A stretch of DNA of 64,000 nt from Sumerlaeia bacterium. Its GTDB lineage: Bacteria; Sumerlaeota; Sumerlaeia; SLMS01; JAHLLQ01. The first letter of the stretch is position 1, and each line of letters begins with the position of its first letter. Positions 18,585 to 27,708 of the stretch are shown piece by piece. The notes under the pieces were generated by a model that was given only the letters and a program-made list of their open reading frames with translations, was not told where the DNA came from and did not search any database. The stretch covers positions 96,001-160,000 of the forward strand of contig JAVJSW010000077.1 in assembly GCA_040219255.1 (NCBI GenBank), in the 5' to 3' direction. The position numbers and the translations under genes are program-made.

Positions 18585-20096
18585 TCACTCATTCTCCGCT
18601 TCGGCCCAATAGTATCCATCCTGCTTCATGACGTCCTGGGCGGTCAGTGGCGCGCTGCCCTTGAAGCGGTTGCCGTGCTCGTCTTCGCCGATGAAGTACA
18701 CGACAATTTCGTCGCGGATCAATTCCTCACCGGAGAGCCAGCAGTTGGGATCGGTGTAGGATTCGCCGGGAGCGACGCGGGCTTTGGGATTGCTGTAATC
18801 TTTGGCGAAATGCCAAGCCGTGCGCGGACGATCCGGGTAGAGGTGGCGCCACTCCCCAGCGACCCAGATAAAATATCCGAATTCCAGGATCCGCAACGCT
18901 CGGTCGCCACCCGTTACGGTGATTTCGTGGGGCCAGCGGTACAACTCGTCTTCGTAGTCGTACACCGCTTTGGGCTCCGGCGGGCTGACCGCGACGGCGA
19001 GGCCCTCGGGCAACCGGCCGAATTCCTCCGGCGCGATGACCTTCACGGGCAGTTGCGGCGTCAGGACGGGGGCTTCCACATGAACCCGCTCGCCGCCATC
19101 GGGCGGCGCGGCCCAGAAGTCCCACTTGGCATGGACCGGCTGGGGCGACATGGCGCCGTGCCAATTGGCCTCGCAAGTCACCGTGTCGCCCGGCAGCAGC
19201 ATCCCATCCGCCCAGCTAAACGGTCCGAAGCGCGCGGCGAACTCCGCCGGGCCCCACGTCTCCTCGCCCCTGGGCATTTCCACGACCCACTGATTGTCGC
19301 GCCAGACCGAGAGTTCGAATTTCTCGATCGCGAGCGGCGTTTCCGTCCTGTTCGTCACCTTGGTCGTGTAGCGCCATGTGTACGGATACTCACTCTCCGA
19401 TTCCAGGTCCAGCGTGCCGGAAGTCGACGCCAGGACGTGCTCGACGGCGAGCGGGCCTTCTTTGGCCGAGGCGATCTTGCTGTTCAATTCCGCCTGAAAA
19501 GCTTTCTCCCTGGCGGCCCGCGCGCCGTTGACTTTGTCCCAGAGAGAGCGCAGGAACACTTTGTCGCCGCCTTCCAGCGTGCTCAAATAGAAATGGTAGC
19601 AATCGGAGGTGCCGGGCAGTTCGACACAGACATCGGTCATGCTATGCCAGTCTTCGGCGTAGGGCGTCACGTCGTCGATATCCGCCAGGGCGAGACGGAT
19701 CTCCGCGTCGTCCGTCCACAACTCGGAGTAGATAACCAAGTCTTCGTCGGTAAAAAAGTAGACGCCGTCTTCGAGGCGGGGTTCATCCGCGGCAAGGTAG
19801 TGGATCGTCTCGCCGGGCCGGACCAGACCCAGGGAGACGAGCTTTTCGCGGTGGCGGGCGGAGAGTTCCTCACCGGAAACGACCTTGTCCGGCGGCGCCA
19901 TCTGGAAATAGAAGCCGAGCAGCACAACGGCCAGTACGCCCGCCCCCGCCATCGGCAAAACAACCGCCAGCGTCAGGATGGCGATGACCCATTTGGTCGA
20001 GTTGGCCATGCCCTTCTTGGGCGGCGGAGCGGGCGGCCGCAATTGGGTCGGGGCGGAGGGATAGGAAGGGGGCGGATAGGCGGGGTTCGGACTCAT
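18585..20096 (-). CDS. membrane-anchored hypothetical protein with two tandem beta-rich domains
   Basis: Pro-rich N-terminus, one long hydrophobic helix, internal duplication in the C-terminal half. Confidence 0.75.
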   Translation of the reverse strand: MSPNPAYPPPSYPSAPTQLRPPAPPPKKGMANSTKWVIAILTLAVVLPMAGAGVLAVVLLGFYFQMAPPDKVVSGEELSARHREKLVSLGLVRPGETIHYLAADEPRLEDGVYFFTDEDLVIYSELWTDDAEIRLALADIDDVTPYAEDWHSMTDVCVELPGTSDCYHFYLSTLEGGDKVFLRSLWDKVNGARAAREKAFQAELNSKIASAKEGPLAVEHVLASTSGTLDLESESEYPYTWRYTTKVTNRTETPLAIEKFELSVWRDNQWVVEMPRGEETWGPAEFAARFGPFSWADGMLLPGDTVTCEANWHGAMSPQPVHAKWDFWAAPPDGGERVHVEAPVLTPQLPVKVIAPEEFGRLPEGLAVAVSPPEPKAVYDYEDELYRWPHEITVTGGDRALRILEFGYFIWVAGEWRHLYPDRPRTAWHFAKDYSNPKARVAPGESYTDPNCWLSGEELIRDEIVVYFIGEDEHGNRFKGSAPLTAQDVMKQDGYYWAEAENE

Positions 20097-20144
20097 CTTG
20101 GGACCATGGGAACGGGCGGCGCCGCTCTCAGCAAGGGCAATTCT

Positions 20145-21002
20145 CTAGGATGTCTGAATGGCGGCGCGAAGCGCTGCGGCGGCGGACGGGTGAAGGCTCA
20201 AAGGTTGGCTGTTGCTTGGGATCAAGCCCTGGGAAATCAGCTCGCGGCGGAAGCGCTCGATGCCTTCGAGTTCCCGCTCGCCGAGGCGGAACCTGATCGC
20301 CTCCGTCAGGTATCGAGTCAGATCGGCGGCTCCGCGCGGGTGGAGATGGGCCTCGCGGGCAGCGATTTCGGAGGCGCTGGCTTCGCCGCGTTCGCGGGCG
20401 GCGGCGAAGGCTTGAGCGTCATCCGGCGTGATCGCTGCGCCTGGGCGGACGATCCAGGCGGCGAAGACAAACGGCAGGCCGGTCAGCTCCTTCCAGGCGG
20501 CGCCGAAATCCAGTTCGTACGGCATGGTGCCTTCCCGATCCAGCGCTGCGTCGCCAATGACCACCGCCGCGTCGCAGCCCGCCTCCGCCGGGTCGAAGTC
20601 TCGGCCAAGGGGCGTTTCGGACGTGATGTACTCGGGGGCGATCCGTAAATGTTGCGCGCAAAGAAGACGCGCCAGATGCACCGATGTCAGTGAGCTGCGA
20701 TCGAGCAGCAGACGCCGGATGTCCTGGAACGGGACGCGTGAGAAGAGGCGGACGCTGCGCACCGGGCCGTCGCAGGCGATGGCCGCGCCGGACAGGAGCA
20801 TGGGGCCGCCGCCATTGCGCAGCGCTTCAAAGACTGGCAACGTCGCCACGTCCACCTCGCCGTTCGCCAGCAGGCCGGCCAGCTCGCGCGGCGTCGCGCG
20901 GACCCAGTTATCCGCAGGGAACCGTTGCTCCAGACCCTCGATGAGAGGCAGCACATTGAGGTACGGGACGATACCCAATCGGAGCGGGCGAGTTTCCATC
21001 AT
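20145..21002 (-). CDS. mqnA: chorismate dehydratase (futalosine menaquinone pathway)
   Basis: VPYLNVLPL, DGPVRSV, SLTSV.L, IGDAAL and W..LTGLPFVFAAW motifs. Confidence 0.92.
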   Translation of the reverse strand: MMETRPLRLGIVPYLNVLPLIEGLEQRFPADNWVRATPRELAGLLANGEVDVATLPVFEALRNGGGPMLLSGAAIACDGPVRSVRLFSRVPFQDIRRLLLDRSSLTSVHLARLLCAQHLRIAPEYITSETPLGRDFDPAEAGCDAAVVIGDAALDREGTMPYELDFGAAWKELTGLPFVFAAWIVRPGAAITPDDAQAFAAARERGEASASEIAAREAHLHPRGAADLTRYLTEAIRFRLGERELEGIERFRRELISQGLIPSNSQPLSLHPSAAAALRAAIQTS

Positions 21003-21061
21003 GCGTCTTGCCGGGCCTCCAAAAACCCCACTGCTGACACCAAGGAGCCAATTCCGCGCCC

Positions 21062-21721
21062 ATGTCCGCCCTATGGCAAGCCTACTTGATCGGTTGGGGC
21101 GCCGCCGCGCCCATTGGCCCGGTCAATCTCGAGATCATCCGCCGCGCGCTTCGCCTTCGTCTGGCCGCCGGACTGGCCGTGGGCCTTGGCGCCACGATGG
21201 TCGATTTCGCCTATGTGATGCTGACGGGCTTTGGGCTGGCGGGGCTGTTGCAGAACCGCACAGTGATGCTGGGGGCCTACGTGTTCGGTGCCGCTTTTCT
21301 GGGTTGGCTGGCGTGGAGCGCGTTGCGGGAAGCAGCCCGCGAATGGCGCGGCGAGGTCCCCCAACCCTCCGCCCCACCGACGGGCGCCCCGGCGGCTTCC
21401 GCCCATCCGCTGTGGAAGTCCTGGCTCGTGGGTGTCGGCATGACCGCCGCCAACCCCTACACGATCGCATTCTGGGCCACCTTGCCGGCGCTCCTGTTTC
21501 CCAACGGTCATCCGGCGGCGTGGGAGATTTTGCGGGCGGGAGCCTGGGTTTGGCTGGGGACGATTTCCTGGGTTCTGCTCCTGATCGCGATGCTGGGCTT
21601 CGCGCGCAGGCTCGTGGGCCCGCGCCTGTTCGCCGCGGCGTCGGGCTTGGGAGGGGCGGTCATGCTGTACTTCGCCGCGCGCTTCGCCTGGCTGGCGGCG
21701 CGGATGATCGCCGGAGGTTAA
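21062..21721 (+). CDS. LysE-family translocator
   Basis: AAPIGPVN, GLGA..VD and NPYTIAFW motifs; about six TM helices. Confidence 0.9.
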   Translation: MSALWQAYLIGWGAAAPIGPVNLEIIRRALRLRLAAGLAVGLGATMVDFAYVMLTGFGLAGLLQNRTVMLGAYVFGAAFLGWLAWSALREAAREWRGEVPQPSAPPTGAPAASAHPLWKSWLVGVGMTAANPYTIAFWATLPALLFPNGHPAAWEILRAGAWVWLGTISWVLLLIAMLGFARRLVGPRLFAAASGLGGAVMLYFAARFAWLAARMIAGG

Positions 21722-21954
21722 TAGCGCGTTTCCCGTGGAACGGGTTTCGGCATCCGTGGCTGATAGGGAGTTTCCTCGCGCGGCGTCGGCATTGGCAAAG
21801 CCCCCGAGTCGTCGCCCGGCCACCTCGGCTGAACCTTGGGGCGCTCGGCGCGGTCGTCCGAATCGTCCGAGCCGGAAGAACCGGTCGTTTCGCAGGCGGC
21901 CAGCATCGCCACCGCCGCCGCCAAAGTGCCCATCATTACCCAACGTTTCATCAT
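21718..21954 (-). CDS. small predicted lipoprotein
   Basis: MMKR + hydrophobic core + LAAC lipobox; GGAAAGGG upstream. Confidence 0.7.
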   Translation of the reverse strand: MMKRWVMMGTLAAAVAMLAACETTGSSGSDDSDDRAERPKVQPRWPGDDSGALPMPTPREETPYQPRMPKPVPRETRY

Positions 21955-22097
21955 TGTCTTTCCCTTTCCAAGGAAGCGGGATGTTCGCGAGAACTCACTG
22001 GAACACTCGATGCGACACCCCCGCTTGTGTCGAGACCTTCTCTGTGCAAGGAAGGTTCCCGCCCCAGCGACTTTCCTTGAAAAAGGACCATGACCTC

Positions 22098-22406
22098 ATG
22101 AACCCCGCCCCCGTGGATGCCTGCGCGATCGAAGACTGCGCCTACAATCGAAGCAAGTCCTGCCACGCCGGCGCCATTACGATCGGGTCGGGCGACTCGC
22201 CGCCGTGCCTGACGAAGATGATTTCCCGCCGCGAAGGCGGCTTCCCACGGCACGAGGCCCGGGTCGGAGCCTGTCATCAGCTCCATTGCCGCCACAACAA
22301 AGGCCTCCAATGCCACGCCAATCACGTCATCGTTGGGCGTCACGACGGCTTCGACGCGTGCCTAACCCATACGCCTCACCGGCCACAGACGGCGGTGACA
22401 GAATAA
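22098..22406 (+). CDS. DUF1540-like Cys/His-rich protein
   Basis: Two repeats of C-x4-C-x2-N-x4-CHA-x2-[IV]...C-LT; AAGGA upstream. Confidence 0.8.
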   Translation: MNPAPVDACAIEDCAYNRSKSCHAGAITIGSGDSPPCLTKMISRREGGFPRHEARVGACHQLHCRHNKGLQCHANHVIVGRHDGFDACLTHTPHRPQTAVTE

Positions 22407-22415
22407 AGGCCGCGG

Positions 22416-23906
22416 CTATTTAGGGCTGAAGTAAGATTCCGCCGCCTCGCAGATCGCGTGCAGGACCCAGGTGTGTATTTCCTGGATGCGTGCCGTGGAG
22501 CGATGCGGCACGACGATGGCGCAATCGGCCTGGAGCGCCGCCCGGCCGCCGCCCTTTCCGGTGACCACGATATTCGAGATGCCGCGCTCGCGCGCCCGAA
22601 GCATCGCGCGCAGCACGTTCTCCGACTCGCCCGACGTCGTGAAAGACACGAGCACATCCCCCGGCCGGCCGAGGCCCTCGACTTGGCGCGCGAAAATATC
22701 CATGAAACCGAAATCGTTGGCGATGCAGGTCAGCGCCGTGGCATCGGCATTGAGCGAGACTCCCGCGAGCGCCTGGCGGTCGCCCCGATAACGCCCGATC
22801 AGTTCCTCGGCCAGATGCAGCGCGTCCGCCGCCGATCCGCCGTTACCGCAGGTCATGACTTTGCCGCCGCGCGAGAGCGCTTCGACCACCAGGAGCGCCG
22901 CCCGGTCCACGCTCTCCATCAAGGTCCGGTCGCCACACATGCGCTCGGTCAGTTCGGAAAGTTCGACCGCCTGAGCCAAAGCGCTGGGCCCGAGGCTTGG
23001 GTCGCCGCCGCGGCCGGCGATCAGGGCCGCCGAAAGGGAGGCCACGTCGCCGAGCCGATCCTCGAGCGCCGACGACACGATGCGGCATTTGCGAGCGAGG
23101 TGCGGCAGGGCTTCCTCGCGAGCGGTGGCTTGAATCGTCTCCATCAGCAAGTCGCCCGCCTGCACCGCGATGGTGCCTAGAACGATCATGTCCGGTGCCA
23201 GGAAATCGATGAGCCGCGCGCATTGGCGGCCCACCTGGATGGCCGCGCGGTGCAGGATCGTCTTGGCCGTCTCGTTGCCCCGGCGGGCTTCGCGGGCCAA
23301 GAGCTTGACGTCCGGGTTGGGCCCGAAGGCGCCCGATTCGCGCGCCTGAAGCGCGATGCCCCCGCCGCTGGCGAGGCCCTCCAGCGAGCCCTTCTTGCCG
23401 AACATTTCCGGCCCGATCTCGGCCACCCGCCAATGCCCGACCTCGCCGGGAAAGGGCATCACCCGGCCGTCCATCACCACGCCACAGCCAAACCCCGTGG
23501 CGAACGTCAGGAACACAAGCCGCCGCGCGCCGTGCAGTGCCCCCGCGCCGTAAGAATACTCCGCGAAGGCCCCGGCCTGGGCGTCGTGCATCAAGTACAC
23601 GGGGAGCTTGGGAAAGGCCCCGACGAGGCGCTTGGCCAGATCGACCCGGCCCCAGGGGGCGAGGTGCGGCGGGTTGAGAAGGATTCCCATCTCGTCGTCG
23701 AGCGGCCCGCCGACGGCGACGCTGAGGGCCTGGGGCGCGCTTTCCAGGAGCGGCTGGGCGGTGGCCACCACTTCCGCGAGCCATTCGTCGAAGCCGCGCT
23801 CGGGCCGCGTGGCGAATTCACGCCGCGAATGCGTCGAGCCATCGCGTCCGTCGCCGAGTACGAGGGCGGTCTTAGTGCCGCCGATGTCGAGTCCGAGAAG
23901 TGCCAT
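22416..23906 (-). CDS. ROK-family sugar kinase fused to a GmhA-type SIS domain (phosphoheptose isomerase)
   Basis: ROK: LDIGGTK, HDAQAGAFAE, TGFGCG, GEVGH. GmhA: CGNGGSAADALH, TCIANDFGF, TTSGESENV, RIQEIH. Confidence 0.9.
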   Translation of the reverse strand: MALLGLDIGGTKTALVLGDGRDGSTHSRREFATRPERGFDEWLAEVVATAQPLLESAPQALSVAVGGPLDDEMGILLNPPHLAPWGRVDLAKRLVGAFPKLPVYLMHDAQAGAFAEYSYGAGALHGARRLVFLTFATGFGCGVVMDGRVMPFPGEVGHWRVAEIGPEMFGKKGSLEGLASGGGIALQARESGAFGPNPDVKLLAREARRGNETAKTILHRAAIQVGRQCARLIDFLAPDMIVLGTIAVQAGDLLMETIQATAREEALPHLARKCRIVSSALEDRLGDVASLSAALIAGRGGDPSLGPSALAQAVELSELTERMCGDRTLMESVDRAALLVVEALSRGGKVMTCGNGGSAADALHLAEELIGRYRGDRQALAGVSLNADATALTCIANDFGFMDIFARQVEGLGRPGDVLVSFTTSGESENVLRAMLRARERGISNIVVTGKGGGRAALQADCAIVVPHRSTARIQEIHTWVLHAICEAAESYFSPK

Positions 23907-23937
23907 GGAGCCGTTTCGCGTGGGGAGGGATGGGCGA

Positions 23938-24816
23938 TCAGGAACCGGTGAGGTCCAAGCGCATGGAGAAATCCATGGCGCGGGCACTGTGTGTCAAGGC
24001 CCCGATGCTGACACGGTCCACGCCGAGCTGGGCCAGGCGAGGCATACGCTCCAAAGTCACCCCGCCGGTGACCTCGGTCTGGGCGCGGCCGGCGATCAGG
24101 GCAATGGCCTCGGCCATCGCGGCGTCGTCCATGTTGTCCAGCATGATCAGGTCGGCGCGGGCGTCGAGAGCTTCGCGGACCTCGGCGAGGTCGCGGGCTT
24201 CGGCGGCGATCTTGACGTCCGGGGCGGCCGACCGCACGCGCGCCACAGCCGCCGCGACCCCTCCCCCGCCGTCGGCGTGTGTGTCTTTCAGCATCGCCAT
24301 GTCGTAAAGCCCCAGCCGGTGGTTCGTGCCGCCGCCGGTGACGACGGCGTATTTCTCCACATCGCGCCAGAGCGGCGTCGTCTTGCGCGTATCGCAGACG
24401 GCCACGGCGCCGCCGCAGGCCTCGACATAGCGCGCCGTCAGCGAGGCGATGCCGCTCGCGCGCTGCAACAGATTCAGCGCCAGCCGCTCCGCCGACAGCA
24501 GCGACCGCGTCGGCCCCGCCAGCCGCGCGATCGGATCGCCAGGCGCGACCTGCGCACCGTCCGCAAGGAGCACCTCGACCTCGACCTCCGGGTCCCGGAC
24601 GGCGAAGACGCTGGCCACGATGGGCCCGCCACAGAGCACGCCCGCTTCCTTGGCCACGATGCGCGCCCGCGAACGATGCCCGGCTGGAAAGACACTGTCG
24701 CTGGTCACATCGCCCCGCTCGCCCAGGTCCTCGCGCAGCGCCATCTCCAGCCGCGGGCGCAGCTCTTCGGTCGTTGGGCAATGGGCGGGCGTCGTGGTAA
24801 AGCGGGAGGTCGTCAT
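23938..24816 (-). CDS. nadC: quinolinate phosphoribosyltransferase
   Basis: ALREDL..GDVTS, ERLALNLLQ, DTRKTTP, NHRLGLYD, IMLDN, SIGALTHS. Confidence 0.95.
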   Translation of the reverse strand: MTTSRFTTTPAHCPTTEELRPRLEMALREDLGERGDVTSDSVFPAGHRSRARIVAKEAGVLCGGPIVASVFAVRDPEVEVEVLLADGAQVAPGDPIARLAGPTRSLLSAERLALNLLQRASGIASLTARYVEACGGAVAVCDTRKTTPLWRDVEKYAVVTGGGTNHRLGLYDMAMLKDTHADGGGGVAAAVARVRSAAPDVKIAAEARDLAEVREALDARADLIMLDNMDDAAMAEAIALIAGRAQTEVTGGVTLERMPRLAQLGVDRVSIGALTHSARAMDFSMRLDLTGS

Positions 24817-24940
24817 GACCCCGAAACCACCGCACGCCGCCGGGCCCGACGCCAAGGAGAAGATTCCCGGTTGTGGCTTTGGGCGGAGGGGGATATTTCC
24901 TGCGCCATTCAATCCCCAACGAAAGCACCGCCCGCCCGCC

Positions 24941-25873
24941 ATGTCCCTCGAATTTTGCCTCGCTATCGGCTGCCCCCTGCAAAAGGGCATGCAAGACGCC
25001 CAAGACTTTATGCGTAAGGTCAAGCTGCGCAATGCTCTGGAAATGTGGGAGGAAGAGAAGGAGGAGCGCGAGCGCGTCACCGGCAAACCGCTCCACAAGC
25101 AGAAGATGGTCATGCCCTATCCGGTGAAGACCAGTTGGTGGTTACAACCGAGCCGCGAAGTGACCCTGAAGGGCCTGCGCAACGCCGTGAAACCCATCGC
25201 CCAGGCCGCCGCCAAGGCTTGCCCCGATTGCCCCATGAACATCGCTAGCGAAGAAGGCGGCACGATGGGGTGTTACAGCGCCATCCGCTATCCGATTTCC
25301 GAAGCGGCCGAGCAGTTCCTGATCGACCAGTTTCAGCCAAGCCAAGGCGCCAATTCCTACCTGCCGCATCACATCCTCTCGAACAACATCGATGGCCTCG
25401 GGTTCGACATGCGGCGCGGGCCGATGCCCGATCCGTCGGAAATCAAGGACCCCGCCCGCATGCCGCCCATGCCGTTGGTGCTGTCGCCCAAAGCCCCCCG
25501 CAAAGAAATCGGCGAAGGAACCTCCATCTCCACCTCCCAAATTTTGGACTTTATGATTGGCTGCCAGCCCATCGTCATGCCGATCAGTTGCCTCGGTTTC
25601 CTCAACGATTTCAAGGCTCTGGACCTCGACGACGGCGCCTATATCCACCTCAACGCCCTGGTCCTGATGTGGGAACGCATGCGCGGCGCCGAGGGCGTAC
25701 CCCAGGAAAAACTCACCGAAATGCGCGCGGCCATCGACGAAATCCTCCTCCCCGCCAACTTCCTCCTCGCCCCCCAAGCCGATGACGACCCCGGCATCCA
25801 CGGGTTCAAATCGTTCCTGTATTTCTGCTACGTGTCGCTGGGGTCGGGGGCGGTTTTGTTGGTGGATGGGTAA
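24941..25873 (+). CDS. hypothetical protein with CxxC and further Cys residues
   Basis: Coding-like codon use from ATG 24941; CPDCPMN...GCYSAIRYPIS. Confidence 0.75.
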   Translation: MSLEFCLAIGCPLQKGMQDAQDFMRKVKLRNALEMWEEEKEERERVTGKPLHKQKMVMPYPVKTSWWLQPSREVTLKGLRNAVKPIAQAAAKACPDCPMNIASEEGGTMGCYSAIRYPISEAAEQFLIDQFQPSQGANSYLPHHILSNNIDGLGFDMRRGPMPDPSEIKDPARMPPMPLVLSPKAPRKEIGEGTSISTSQILDFMIGCQPIVMPISCLGFLNDFKALDLDDGAYIHLNALVLMWERMRGAEGVPQEKLTEMRAAIDEILLPANFLLAPQADDDPGIHGFKSFLYFCYVSLGSGAVLLVDG

Positions 25874-25894
25874 ATTTCGGAACGGACGCATCTG

Positions 25895-26524
25895 ATGCCA
25901 AGCAATCCAAGCCGAGCTGAGATCGAGTTATTTTGGAGATGGTTCATTGAAATGGCTAATCAGATGGAACAGGCATTGATTTCTTCCAACTCCGGCTTTC
26001 TTGAAAACGTGTTTGAGAATCGATTAAGAACAACCTTTGGACAGATCGGCTGGGAGGTCGGACCCGGCCTTGAGAAGGATTTCGCACTCTCCCTGACCTT
26101 CAACGGGCACGACGATCTCATTCCGTATGTAGACGCAATCATCTATCAGGCTCCCGATCTCCCAAATTGGGAATTTAACAGCGGCCGACCTCCGAAACGA
26201 TGGGATGGTCGATTTGAGATACGACAACAGACTGGGGATATTATTGTGATCGACAGCTCTCAATGGACCTACATTCTGACTTCCTTCAACCAGAATGAAT
26301 TCTTCGACGTCGCCTTATTTGGGCAACTGATTAATGTGGATGAAGAAACAAGAGAACGTGCTTGTCTGATCGCTGTGCAGGGTTACCTGGGGGAACGAGA
26401 AACATTGCAATGGATTGACCAAATCGTATTCCTGGAATTACCAAGTGCCGATGATGCAAAGAGAGCTACGCCACTAGAGTTTCTGCGCGAGCATATTTTT
26501 TCCTTGAAAGGCGTGAGAAGCTAA
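25895..26524 (+). CDS. hypothetical protein, AT-rich relative to the window
   Basis: 209-aa ORF; FWRWF, WEVGPG and APDLPNWEF..GRPP segments. Confidence 0.75.
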   Translation: MPSNPSRAEIELFWRWFIEMANQMEQALISSNSGFLENVFENRLRTTFGQIGWEVGPGLEKDFALSLTFNGHDDLIPYVDAIIYQAPDLPNWEFNSGRPPKRWDGRFEIRQQTGDIIVIDSSQWTYILTSFNQNEFFDVALFGQLINVDEETRERACLIAVQGYLGERETLQWIDQIVFLELPSADDAKRATPLEFLREHIFSLKGVRS

Positions 26525-26629
26525 TTATCCCATCCCCCCTTGCCAATCTTCCGCCCATGACCCAAAGTCTTCTCCAGTAGCCCCGGGTTTACCTCAGCGA
26601 AACCCGCCCGGGCGCCGGAAGGGCACGCC

Positions 26630-27706
26630 ATGGCCGCACCAGCCTATGACGACGACGAGGAGTTCCGCGAGCCGGGCGATGAATTGCCCGCGCGCCGGGG
26701 CGAGGGCCCGGACGCCGTGCCCGCCACCGTGCGCGATGGCACCCGGTGGGACGATGCGTTGCGCCGCGCGGCCGACCGCGACGAGGCTGCCACCGGCGCT
26801 CCCCCGCCGCTGCGCCGCGGGCCGAGCCGGTCTGTGCAGTGGGCCCTCTGGGGGCGGCTCCTGGTGCCGCTGGCTGCCTTTGCGATTTACGGCGTAGTGA
26901 AATTCACGGACCTGGGCGAGCGCCTGCCCACTCTGACGGAAATCGAGCAGGTCGGCAGTCTGACCGGTGTGCGCGCGGAAGCTCCGGCGGAGGCGCCGCT
27001 CGACGACACGGCGATCAAATTCGTGGGCCAGTTGGAGGGCGCCTTTCAGGCCCGGCGCTGGGACCTGATCGACCGCCTGACGGCCGAGCCCCCGCCCGGC
27101 GTGGACCCGGATCACCCGGTGGTGGGGGCCTTCGGGCTGATCGCGGCGATCGAGCAGAACCGTCTGTCGCTCGATCAATTGGCGGAATTGGAGGCGCTGG
27201 AAGCGGCCTTTGAGGGCGATAAGGACCGGCGGGCACTGCTCGATTATCTGCGGCTGATGCGCGCCGAGGTGCTGCTGCACCATTCGTCGAGCCCCGGAAC
27301 GCTGGCGCGGCGCAGCGGCGATTTCCGCCAAATCCTGGCCAGCCAGCGCGCCGTGACGGACCGGTCGCTGGAATTGAGGACGGAGCTGGCCTCGGCCTAC
27401 GAACGCGCTGGTGACGAATTGGCCGAAGCGGCGGGCCGGTGGCGCATCGACAAGACGGTGCTGAGCGACGCCCGCTCTCATTATCAGCACGCGCTGCGCT
27501 GGCTGACGACGCCGGACGGATGGCTGCGGCTCGATCCCGTCAGCCCCGGGTTGGCCAGCTCGCTGCTCAACCGCATCAAGCTCAAGCTGCGGGAAGCCAA
27601 CAAGAACTATCACGGATTGTCGCTCCCCTACAGCGGCAAGGACAGCGAAACCTGGACAGGCCTGGTGGGCGAACCGATCAACGACGCCCCCGGCGGGCGG
27701 TGGTGA
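26630..27706 (+). CDS. single-TM hypothetical protein with a helical extracytoplasmic domain
   Basis: 358-aa ORF, GGAAGGG upstream, one TM near residue 80. Confidence 0.75.
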   Translation: MAAPAYDDDEEFREPGDELPARRGEGPDAVPATVRDGTRWDDALRRAADRDEAATGAPPPLRRGPSRSVQWALWGRLLVPLAAFAIYGVVKFTDLGERLPTLTEIEQVGSLTGVRAEAPAEAPLDDTAIKFVGQLEGAFQARRWDLIDRLTAEPPPGVDPDHPVVGAFGLIAAIEQNRLSLDQLAELEALEAAFEGDKDRRALLDYLRLMRAEVLLHHSSSPGTLARRSGDFRQILASQRAVTDRSLELRTELASAYERAGDELAEAAGRWRIDKTVLSDARSHYQHALRWLTTPDGWLRLDPVSPGLASSLLNRIKLKLREANKNYHGLSLPYSGKDSETWTGLVGEPINDAPGGRW

Positions 27707-27708
27707 CG

